From sequence record SRR20825010_1474: a DNA stretch of 52,948 bases. The stretch is one strand, 5' to 3'. The notes below the pieces were generated by a model. That model was given only the letters and a program-made list of their open reading frames with translations, made no database searches and had not been told where the DNA came from. How positions within the stretch are numbered: the stretch's first letter is position 1; every line of letters starts with the position of its first letter. Made by a program: the position numbers and the translations under genes. Positions 39,154 to 47,451 of the stretch are shown here, piece by piece.

Positions 39154-40046
39154 ACGTTAAGAGTAAGTTTAGCATTAAAGACCTTGAGAATCTTTCTGGT
39201 ATTAAGGCCCATACCATTAGAATATGGGAAAAGCGATACAATCTTTTTCAGCCCAACAGAACGGACACCAACATAAGATGTTATGATTTAGAGAACCTAC
39301 AAAAACTTCTTAACGTTACCTTTCTCTACAATAACGGTTATAAGATTTCAAAGATTTCACAGCTAGGAGAAGATAATATACCTAAGGTTGTAAAAAATAT
39401 GGTTGCGGAACAGAGGGACAACGGACATGTGCTAAATTCCTTTAAAATGTCCATGATGAACTTTGATCAGGCACTATTTTTTAAAACATACAATGCACTT
39501 TTAAAGGAGAAATCATTTAGGGAAATTTTCTATGAAGATTTTATCCCTTTTTTAAACGAAGTCGGATTGCTTTGGCAGACCGATACCATTACGCCCTCCC
39601 ATGAACATTTTATCTGCGCCCTGATCAAACAAAAGATTTTGGTAAATACAGAAAAGTTGCAATTCAGTGCACCTACCAATGCCTCCAAAACCTTTGTGCT
39701 GTATCTTCCGGACAACGAAATACACGAATTGGGACTGATGTTCCTAAATTATGAAATCCTATCAAAAGGCTATCAATCCATTTTTCTTGGACAAAGCATT
39801 CCTATATTTAGTTTAAAGGATTTGGTTCCATTATATGATAATATTGTCTTCGTTTCCTATTTTACGGTACAACCGGACAAGGAAAACATTATGGCATATC
39901 TAAATGAATTTCATGAAATGTTACTTAAAGACACTGCTTCCGAGCTTTGGATATCGGGAAAAATGCTCCAAGAAATAAATAAAAGTAATTTGCCCAAAAC
40001 TATTGTTGCCTTTTCCCAGATAGATCAATTGGTGCAAAATCTTTGA
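39147..40046 (+). CDS. MerR-family B12-binding regulator, CarH/LitR-like
   Basis: RIWEKRY HTH, W-x9-EH (WQTDTITPSHEH) and ExHxxG (EIHELG) cobalamin motifs. Confidence 0.9.
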   Translation: MNNVKSKFSIKDLENLSGIKAHTIRIWEKRYNLFQPNRTDTNIRCYDLENLQKLLNVTFLYNNGYKISKISQLGEDNIPKVVKNMVAEQRDNGHVLNSFKMSMMNFDQALFFKTYNALLKEKSFREIFYEDFIPFLNEVGLLWQTDTITPSHEHFICALIKQKILVNTEKLQFSAPTNASKTFVLYLPDNEIHELGLMFLNYEILSKGYQSIFLGQSIPIFSLKDLVPLYDNIVFVSYFTVQPDKENIMAYLNEFHEMLLKDTASELWISGKMLQEINKSNLPKTIVAFSQIDQLVQNL

Positions 40047-40232
40047 CGACCCAAAATAGATATAAATTTGGAATCTTACCGCTAAGGAAGAAATCCTTGC
40101 AACCTTAATTTACCACCTAGGTTGTTAACCCGCTACCCTGGATGGCAGCCCTTTTTTTTAAGTTCTAAAAATTCTATGCAATGCCCATTAAAGGCTTTTT
40201 AAGCTTCAACACCCTAAAATCAAGTTAAATTT

Positions 40233-40275
40233 TGTTTAATATTTAATTAAAAAGATTAAACATTTTGTATCTTGT
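40233..40275 (+). promoter_or_regulatory. Putative CarH-like operator/promoter
   Basis: TGTTTAA-N16-TTAAACA then TTTTGTATCTTGT. Confidence 0.65.
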
Positions 40276-40293
40276 ACCATACAACAGAAAATC

Positions 40294-40950
40294 ATGGCAA
40301 AAAAGAAAACAATAACAGAAAACGACATTATCTCATCTTATATGGATTATGTCCTTGAACATAATGAAAACCCCAAATCGGTTTATGCCTTTGCAAAAGC
40401 CAACAACTTTGAAGAGTCTAAGTTCTATGAATTTTTTGGTTCGTTCGAAGCCATTGAAAAACATATTTTCGAAGCTTTTTTTAATAATACCATTTCTGTA
40501 CTGGAAAAAAGCGAAGATTATAAATCCTTCGATGCCCGAAATAAGCTATTAAGTTTTTACTACACCTTTTTTGAAAATTTAACGGCCAATAGAAGTTATG
40601 TAATGTACTCACTACACCGCCATAAAAACGGCCTAAAGGGACTATCGCTACTTTCAGGGCTCAAAAAGAATTTCACCTCCTACATAGAGGAATTGGACAT
40701 TGAAACCTTGGACATTAAACAGGAACAAATAGATAAAATTCAACGTAGAGCACTGCAAGAATCGGCTTGGTTACAATTTTTATTGACCATTAAATTCTGG
40801 ATGGAAGACACCTCGGCTGCCTTTGAAAAGACCGACATCTTTATAGAGAAATCGGTCAACACCAGTTTCGATGTTTTGAATATTGCGCCGCTCAAAAGTG
40901 TAATCGACTTTGGAAAATTTCTTTTCAAGGAAAAAATGCACATGAATTAA
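40294..40950 (+). CDS. TetR-family-like regulator (Bacteroidota type)
   Basis: N-terminal HTH-like SVYAFAK...FYEFFGSF; C-terminal FWMEDTS.AFEKTDIFIEKSV. Confidence 0.75.
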   Translation: MAKKKTITENDIISSYMDYVLEHNENPKSVYAFAKANNFEESKFYEFFGSFEAIEKHIFEAFFNNTISVLEKSEDYKSFDARNKLLSFYYTFFENLTANRSYVMYSLHRHKNGLKGLSLLSGLKKNFTSYIEELDIETLDIKQEQIDKIQRRALQESAWLQFLLTIKFWMEDTSAAFEKTDIFIEKSVNTSFDVLNIAPLKSVIDFGKFLFKEKMHMN

Positions 40951-40959
40951 AAACATTCT

Positions 40960-42270
40960 ATGAAAACAATAGACAATATACCTGTTTCTAAAATACATCG
41001 CGCTTCAAAACTGGTGTCCACGGGTGCCAGAGTTGGGGTAAATTATCTAAAGTATTATGGCGACAAACTAACGAAAACAGAGGTTGAGGCAAGATCACGG
41101 CTCAACGAGAACAATGCGGGAGATATTTATGACAGCCTTAAACAACTTAAAGGAAGTGCCCTTAAAGTAGCTCAAATGTTGAGCATGGAAAAAAGCATAA
41201 TGCCCCAAGCGTATGTGGAAAAGTTTTCTTTGGCCCAATTTTCAGTTCCCCCATTATCGCCACCACTGGTAATTAAAACTTTTAAAAATTATTTTGGCAA
41301 ACTGCCAAATGAATTATTTGATTCCTTCAACACAACTTCAGTCAACGCTGCCAGTATTGGACAAGTCCATGAGGCAGCAAAATATGGGAAAAAACTTGCT
41401 GTGAAAATCCAATATCCTGGAGTTGCCGAGAGTATAGCCTCCGACCTTGCACTTGTTAAACCTATTGCTATTAAAATGTTTAACATCAAGGGCAAAGATT
41501 CGGACAAGTATTTTAAGGAAGTTGAAGGAAAGTTAATAGAGGAAACAAATTATGTGTTGGAAATGGAACAGAGTAAGGAAATTGCTGATGCCTGCTCATA
41601 CATTCCCAACCTTTTGTTTCCTCAATATTATGAAGAATTATCCTCTGATCGAATTATTACCATGGATTTCATGCAAGGTGAACACCTTTCAGAGTTTACA
41701 GCCTATAATACCGATCAGGAGAAAGCCAATCAATTGGGACAGGCATTATGGGATTTTTATATGTTCCAAATACATAAGTTGAGAAAAGTACATGCAGATC
41801 CACATCCCGGAAATTTCTTGGTATCCAAGGAAGGTAAATTGATTGCCTTGGATTTTGGCTGTATGAAAATTATTCCCAATGATTTCTACGTTCCCTATTT
41901 TGAGTTGGCCAAACCAGAAAATATTAACGACCAGAAATTCTTCGTTTCCAAATTATATGAACTGGAAATTTTACGTGAAGACGATTCCCCAGAGGAAGCC
42001 GAATTCTTCACGGAGATGTTCCATGAATTGTTAAGTCTTTTCACCCAACCGTTTCAGGTGGAAACCTTCGACTTTTCAAATAATGAATTCTTCGGAAAAA
42101 TCACAGAATTGGGACAGCGTTACTCCAAGAGCACCGAACTACGCAAAATGAACGGTAACAGAGGGTCCAAACATTTTATCTATATTAATAGGACATTTTT
42201 TGGTTTGTACAACCTAATGTTCGATTTAAAAGCCGACAATATTAAGATTAACAACTTCAATGGATTTTAA
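40960..42270 (+). CDS. ABC1/UbiB/AarF family atypical kinase
   Basis: LKGSALKVAQ, AASIGQVH, AVKIQYPG, HADPHPGN, LDFG. Confidence 0.93.
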   Translation: MKTIDNIPVSKIHRASKLVSTGARVGVNYLKYYGDKLTKTEVEARSRLNENNAGDIYDSLKQLKGSALKVAQMLSMEKSIMPQAYVEKFSLAQFSVPPLSPPLVIKTFKNYFGKLPNELFDSFNTTSVNAASIGQVHEAAKYGKKLAVKIQYPGVAESIASDLALVKPIAIKMFNIKGKDSDKYFKEVEGKLIEETNYVLEMEQSKEIADACSYIPNLLFPQYYEELSSDRIITMDFMQGEHLSEFTAYNTDQEKANQLGQALWDFYMFQIHKLRKVHADPHPGNFLVSKEGKLIALDFGCMKIIPNDFYVPYFELAKPENINDQKFFVSKLYELEILREDDSPEEAEFFTEMFHELLSLFTQPFQVETFDFSNNEFFGKITELGQRYSKSTELRKMNGNRGSKHFIYINRTFFGLYNLMFDLKADNIKINNFNGF

Positions 42271-42313
42271 TGTCTGAGTGAAGCTGAACTATTTATCCCA
42301 TATAAAACAATAA

Positions 42314-43738
42314 ATGAAAATTCTCGTAACAGGCGCCACAGGATATATCGGAAAACGATTGATTCCTATTTTGACCCATGAAGGGCATACCGCAGTCTGC
42401 GCTGTTCGGGATAAGTTAAGAGCGGATAAAAACTACCTCGATGATGAAAATATCAGTATAATCGAGGCCGATTTTTTAAAACCGGAAACTCTAAAACATA
42501 TACCCAAAGATATTGATGTGGCATATTATCTTATACATTCCATGTCTAACTCTTCCAATAATTTTGAGCGCCTGGAAGCCGCTTGTGCAGCCAATTTCAA
42601 AAACTATTTTTCCACTACCAACCTTAAGCAAGTTATTTATCTAAGTGGTATTACAAACGAAGAACAACTTTCCAAACATTTACAGTCCAGAAAAAATGTA
42701 GAAGAAATTTTAGCTTCTGATTCTTACGGACTTACCGTTTTTAAGGCAGGTATCATTGTTGGATCGGGAAGCTCCTCCTTTGAGATCATTAGGGACCTGG
42801 TTGAAAAACTACCTGTAATGGTAGCGCCAAAATGGCTTAATACCAAAACCCAACCCTTGGCGATAAGGGATGTATTGGCTTTTTTATCACGGGCAAAGGG
42901 AAGGAAAGAGCTTTATAATAGCTCATATGACATTTTTGGTCCCGAAATTTTGACCTATAAGCAAATGCTCTTGGAGTTTGCAGAAACAAGGGGGCTAAAA
43001 CGCTATATTTTAACCGTGCCAGTCATGACTCCAAAACTTTCTTCTTATTGGTTGTATTTTGTAACCTCCACCTCCTACAAATTGGCAACAACATTGGTGG
43101 ACAGCATGGGCGTCCAAATTGTTGGAAAGCCCAGCAATATCAATGAACTCCTGGACGTACACCCTATAACCTATAAAGAGGCCGTGCAATTGGCCTTCGA
43201 AAAAATTGAACAAAATAGTATCGTATCCAGCTGGAAGGATTCCATGGTGAGCAGCGGCCGCTTAAAGAATAACCTGCACAAATACATCAATGTTCCCCAA
43301 TTTGGATGTTTTAAGGATTATAAAGAACGAAAAGTGCAAAATGAACAGTCCACTATCAACAAGATTTGGTCTATTGGAGGTACCACGGGTTGGTATTACG
43401 GCAATTTCCTCTGGAAAATAAGAGGGTATCTGGATAAATTGGTGGGTGGTATTGGGTTGCGTAGAGGAAGAACCCATGTTTCCGAATTGGATGCTGGGGA
43501 CGCCCTAGATTTTTGGAGAGTCATTTTTAGCGATAAAAACGAAAAAAAACTATTGTTATACGCAGAAATGAAACTTCCAGGAGAAGCTTGGTTAGAATTT
43601 AAAATTGAAAATGGACTTCTGAAACAAACCGCTACCTTTCGGCCCCGAGGGCTTGCCGGCCGTCTGTATTGGTACAGCGTGTTTCCCTTCCATGGATTAA
43701 TCTTCAATGGACTTATCAATAAATTGGTGACCAATTAG
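42314..43738 (+). CDS. NAD(P)-binding SDR with DUF2867 domain (YbjT-like)
   Basis: TGATGYIG, YYLIHSM, HLQSR, GGTTGWYY, AEMKLPGEAWL. Confidence 0.9.
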   Translation: MKILVTGATGYIGKRLIPILTHEGHTAVCAVRDKLRADKNYLDDENISIIEADFLKPETLKHIPKDIDVAYYLIHSMSNSSNNFERLEAACAANFKNYFSTTNLKQVIYLSGITNEEQLSKHLQSRKNVEEILASDSYGLTVFKAGIIVGSGSSSFEIIRDLVEKLPVMVAPKWLNTKTQPLAIRDVLAFLSRAKGRKELYNSSYDIFGPEILTYKQMLLEFAETRGLKRYILTVPVMTPKLSSYWLYFVTSTSYKLATTLVDSMGVQIVGKPSNINELLDVHPITYKEAVQLAFEKIEQNSIVSSWKDSMVSSGRLKNNLHKYINVPQFGCFKDYKERKVQNEQSTINKIWSIGGTTGWYYGNFLWKIRGYLDKLVGGIGLRRGRTHVSELDAGDALDFWRVIFSDKNEKKLLLYAEMKLPGEAWLEFKIENGLLKQTATFRPRGLAGRLYWYSVFPFHGLIFNGLINKLVTN

Positions 43739-43792
43739 AGTTCCTTTATATAGTATTAGCCTATACCACCATAAGAAAATAGAATCCAATTC

Positions 43793-43835
43793 TGTTTAAC
43801 TTATTTTCACAATACTTAAACATTTTGTAGCTTTG
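43793..43835 (+). promoter_or_regulatory. Putative CarH-like operator/promoter
   Basis: TGTTTAA-N16-TTAAACA then TTTTG and consensus -7 TAGCTTTG (43828-43835). Confidence 0.7.
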
Positions 43836-43854
43836 AGTATAGTGCAGAAGTAAT

Positions 43855-44286
43855 ATGATTTTAGAAACCTCACATAGTAACAAAGATATTTCCCTACTTA
43901 TAAATGATTTGGTTGGGAAACCTTTCAGCTTTATAAAAACTATTAAAATGAAAGGAACTGTTTCTAAAAGAATGGTTATTGAGGAATCCAGTGATAATAT
44001 GAAAGATTATCTCAACAGTACTTTTGATGCAACTTATGCCAATATAGAATTACGCCCGCTGGGAATATTGGTGAGAATAATCAAAGGTACCATCAATTTT
44101 ACATGGGTCATTCCATATTATCAATTGGTTATTTACAAAGGTGACTATAGCAGTCTATATGCCCAGGGGCGATTTGTTAGGTTCAGAAAAGATGGGGCAT
44201 TTGAACAGAGTAAACCTTTTCTACATAAATTGATGAAACAAAAAGCTAAATATGAGTCAAAATATGATTTTTTAAATTTCAAATGA
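43855..44286 (+). CDS. Hypothetical protein
   Basis: 143 aa ORF behind a clear promoter; ATGA overlap with the next gene. Confidence 0.75.
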   Translation: MILETSHSNKDISLLINDLVGKPFSFIKTIKMKGTVSKRMVIEESSDNMKDYLNSTFDATYANIELRPLGILVRIIKGTINFTWVIPYYQLVIYKGDYSSLYAQGRFVRFRKDGAFEQSKPFLHKLMKQKAKYESKYDFLNFK

Positions 44287-44555
44287 GTTTGAGCGAAAGG
44301 GATATAGACCGTATTATTGAAATGGCCTGGGAAGACAGAACTCCATTTGAAGCCATAAGCTATCAGTTCTCTATGCGTGAGCAAGAAGTAATTAAGCTTA
44401 TGCGACGGGAAATGAAACCAAGTAGTTTTAAAATGTGGCGCCAACGCGTTCAAGGGCGGGCCACCAAACATCAAAAATTAAGAACTTTTGTAGAAGGTCG
44501 TTTTAAATGTTCTAGACAAAAACAGATTACACATAACTCAATTTCAAAACGATAA
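44283..44555 (+). CDS. TIGR03643/DUF2805 family protein
   Basis: IIEMAWEDRTPFEAI...SSFKMWRQRV.GR.TKH signature. Confidence 0.88.
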   Translation: MSLSERDIDRIIEMAWEDRTPFEAISYQFSMREQEVIKLMRREMKPSSFKMWRQRVQGRATKHQKLRTFVEGRFKCSRQKQITHNSISKR

Positions 44556-44609
44556 AAGTGCTTTGACTTATGGGATGAGTACATAAGTACAGCACACTAA
44601 AAAGATATT

Positions 44610-45308
44610 ATGAATATAGATACCTTAACCCTAAACAAAAAAAACGGACATAAATTAAATGGTTTCACCCATGAGGATATCGGCGACGACCACCTCTATA
44701 CAGGTTTGGAAACCCCAATGAAACCAGATGCCTTTAAACTGTCGGACACAGAAAAAAAACAACGTATTGCTTTATTATTTCAGGAGATTATGGATGTCAT
44801 GGGATTGGATCTTACAGATGACTCCCTGAAAGGTACTCCTGAGCGAGTTGCCAAGATGTATATCGATGAGATTTTCTCTGGTTTAAATCCGGCAAACAAG
44901 CCAAAAATAGCATTATTCGATAATAAATATCAGTACAATCAAATGTTGGTGGAAAAGAACATTACTTTCTATTCCAACTGCGAACACCACTTTGTACCCA
45001 TCATTGGAAAAGCACATGTGGCCTATATCTCTTCCGGAAAAGTAATAGGCCTGTCCAAGTTGAACAGAATTGTACAGTATTATGCCAAAAGGCCACAGGT
45101 ACAGGAACGCCTTACCAATCAAATCGCAGAGGATTTGAAACGTATTTTAGGCACTGACGACGTTGCGGTAATTATAGATGCCAAACACCTTTGTGTGTCA
45201 TCAAGGGGCATTAAAGATGAAACATCCGCAACCGTAACCTCCTATTATGGAGGTAAATTTAATACTCCATCAAAAGTAGCAGAATTACAAAACTATCTTA
45301 AAAATTAA
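44610..45308 (+). CDS. folE: GTP cyclohydrolase I
   Basis: TPERVAK, SNCEHHFVP, IGLSKLNR, RPQVQER, HLCVSSRG. Confidence 0.97.
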   Translation: MNIDTLTLNKKNGHKLNGFTHEDIGDDHLYTGLETPMKPDAFKLSDTEKKQRIALLFQEIMDVMGLDLTDDSLKGTPERVAKMYIDEIFSGLNPANKPKIALFDNKYQYNQMLVEKNITFYSNCEHHFVPIIGKAHVAYISSGKVIGLSKLNRIVQYYAKRPQVQERLTNQIAEDLKRILGTDDVAVIIDAKHLCVSSRGIKDETSATVTSYYGGKFNTPSKVAELQNYLKN

Positions 45309-45312
45309 TATT

Positions 45313-45543
45313 ATGGACCTCATTAACGAAGCATTGGAATTTGAACAAAGAAAACTAAAATCGCTCTCCACAAGCGACAGAATTGAAATTTCGAGGAAAG
45401 CAAAAGCGCTAATCCTGGGACTGAATGAAATTTATAAAAGCAAGAAGGATGACAAGATTATGGATATCATGAAACGCCTGACCGCCATAAAACGTAAAGT
45501 AGAAAAAAGGCTGAAAGGCAAACATTTGGTTACCAATATTTAA
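45313..45543 (+). CDS. Small basic hypothetical protein
   Basis: 76 aa, tightly packed between folE and the SDR. Confidence 0.75.
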   Translation: MDLINEALEFEQRKLKSLSTSDRIEISRKAKALILGLNEIYKSKKDDKIMDIMKRLTAIKRKVEKRLKGKHLVTNI

Positions 45544-45553
45544 TTCAAAAAAA

Positions 45554-46237
45554 ATGAAGACAATAGTCATTGTAGGAGGCAGTAAGGGAATAGGAAAAGC
45601 TATTGTTGGTAATTTGGTAGATTCCCATAAAGTAATCAATCTTAGTAGGACGGAACCGGAATATACTCACGGAAACCTAACACATTACAATGTTGATATC
45701 CTTAAGGACGATTTGCCTGAAATTACCGCACTGGATGCCATAGTGTACTGTCCCGGAAGCATCAATCTAAAACCTATTTCGCGTTTAAGTTTGGAAGACT
45801 TTAGGGAAGATTTTGAAATAAATGTTATTGGTGCCGTCAAGGCCATTCAAAAGTATTTGGAGGTATTAAAAAAAGGGCAACACCCATCAGTGTTACTTTT
45901 TAGCACTGTGGCCTCCAAATTAGGAATGCCGTACCACGCCAGTATTGCCACAGCCAAATCCGGCGTGGAAGGTTTGGTGAAATCCCTAGGTGCCGAATTG
46001 GCGCCCACGATACGTATTAATGCCATTGCACCTACGGTTACTGATACCGAATTGGCTTCGAAACTTCTGCGCAATGAAAAGATGATCGAAAATATTAAAG
46101 AACGTCATCCTTTAAAGAAATTCCTAGATCCCAAGGAAGTAGCGGGAATGGCCGAATTTCTATTGTCTGAAAAAGCATCCTCGATCTCAGGTCAAATATT
46201 TGAAATGGACTATGGAATAGTAACATTTAAAATTTAA
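45554..46237 (+). CDS. SDR oxidoreductase (atypical active site)
   Basis: GGSKGIG, YCPGSINLKP, HASIATAK (catalytic Tyr absent), IRINAIAP. Confidence 0.88.
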   Translation: MKTIVIVGGSKGIGKAIVGNLVDSHKVINLSRTEPEYTHGNLTHYNVDILKDDLPEITALDAIVYCPGSINLKPISRLSLEDFREDFEINVIGAVKAIQKYLEVLKKGQHPSVLLFSTVASKLGMPYHASIATAKSGVEGLVKSLGAELAPTIRINAIAPTVTDTELASKLLRNEKMIENIKERHPLKKFLDPKEVAGMAEFLLSEKASSISGQIFEMDYGIVTFKI

Positions 46238-46240
46238 TGT

Positions 46241-46783
46241 ATGAACCCCTTCAAAACATTTGCTGCAACCTTATTCACAAGTTCCAAACCCAAGGAAAAG
46301 ATGGATCGGCAATCCATATATGATGTCAAAATAAACAGCCTAAGCGGTGCGCCCATAAATTTAAAAGACTTTGAGGGAAAGTATATAATTTTTGTAAATG
46401 TGGCTTCAAAATGTGGCTTTACCCCCCAATACAAGCAATTACAGGAACTCCAAGATTCCTATAAAAACAATTTAATGGTTATAGGATTGCCCTGTAATCA
46501 ATTTGGAGGCCAAGAACCAGGTAGCCCTGCAGATATTGAAACATTTTGTGAAGTAAATTATGGGGTAAAATTCTTAATGACCGAAAAGATCGATGTTAAA
46601 GGAAAAAACCAACACCCCTTATACAGATGGCTTACTAACAAAGATGTAAATGGCCATAAAAATTCTACAGTGAAATGGAATTTTCAAAAATATCTAGTGG
46701 ACGAAAAGGGGAATTTAGTCGATTATTTCTTTTCCAACACCAGTCCCATGAGTTCTAAAATAACTAAATTCTTAAAAAAATAA
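46241..46783 (+). CDS. Cys-type glutathione peroxidase
   Basis: NVASKCGFT, PCNQFG.QEP, WNFQKYL. Confidence 0.95.
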   Translation: MNPFKTFAATLFTSSKPKEKMDRQSIYDVKINSLSGAPINLKDFEGKYIIFVNVASKCGFTPQYKQLQELQDSYKNNLMVIGLPCNQFGGQEPGSPADIETFCEVNYGVKFLMTEKIDVKGKNQHPLYRWLTNKDVNGHKNSTVKWNFQKYLVDEKGNLVDYFFSNTSPMSSKITKFLKK

Positions 46784-46785
46784 TC

Positions 46786-46956
46786 ATGTTCGGAATATTC
46801 AAAAACAAATCCAAGGAAGAAAAACTTCAAGAAAAATACAATGGACTTATGAAGGAGTGGCATACACTTTCCAGCATCAACCGATCTGAAAGCGATAAAA
46901 AGTATGCAGAAGCCCAGGAAGTCTTAGAGGAACTTGTTGCACTGCAAAAGAATTGA
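46786..46956 (+). CDS. Small protein, Lacal_2735-like (absent from ORF track)
   Basis: Hand-translated 56 aa MFGIFKNKSKEEKLQEKYNGLMKEWHTLSSINRSESDKKYAEAQEVLEELVALQKN, 2 nt after the peroxidase stop. Confidence 0.85.
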   Translation: MFGIFKNKSKEEKLQEKYNGLMKEWHTLSSINRSESDKKYAEAQEVLEELVALQKN

Positions 46957-47451
46957 GCAAACTTTTAGGCCAACTATTCACTTCATGCACTTAAAGCATG
47001 GACCTCTTCCTCTAACTTGAAATAAACAAAGATATTTTCCATTTGAACTACATCCATACCCCCTTCATACTACAACAGGCCATGAACCAAAAGTCTGTTT
47101 TTACTTCTGTAGACCAATTTTAGATTACCCTATTGCTACGGTTGGCTTTTCTCCCCTAAATTGGCATTGTATCCGTTGCAGGCACAAAAAAAGAAAGTAC
47201 CATATTACCTTCTACTGCCATTAAAATTTGTTCATTTCCCAAGCCGAAAAAAAGTGTTCCACAATCCCGAAAGAACAGTTAAGATTTAACCTCCTAATTC
47301 AACTTAGTTTATACGTTAAAATAACTTTGCGTTTTCCAACATCTCTGGATGAATCCAATAGAAATCGGATTGACATGTTATAGAAATAATAGCTATAAAT
47401 AGTTTATCTTTAGTACATATAGCCCAAAACCAACCATAAAACCGGGAACAA

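Noticed and set aside
40132-40159. Terminator after the CarH-like gene (GCTACC...GGCAGC plus T-run)
   Set aside because: The stem has an A-C mismatch on the + strand; too weak to call.
46241-46783. Selenocysteine peroxidase
   Set aside because: The active-site codon is TGT (Cys); there is no in-frame TGA.
46957-47451. ~500-bp intergenic gap as possible sRNA or pseudogene
   Set aside because: I could not identify a convincing ORF remnant, strong hairpin or known RNA motif by eye.
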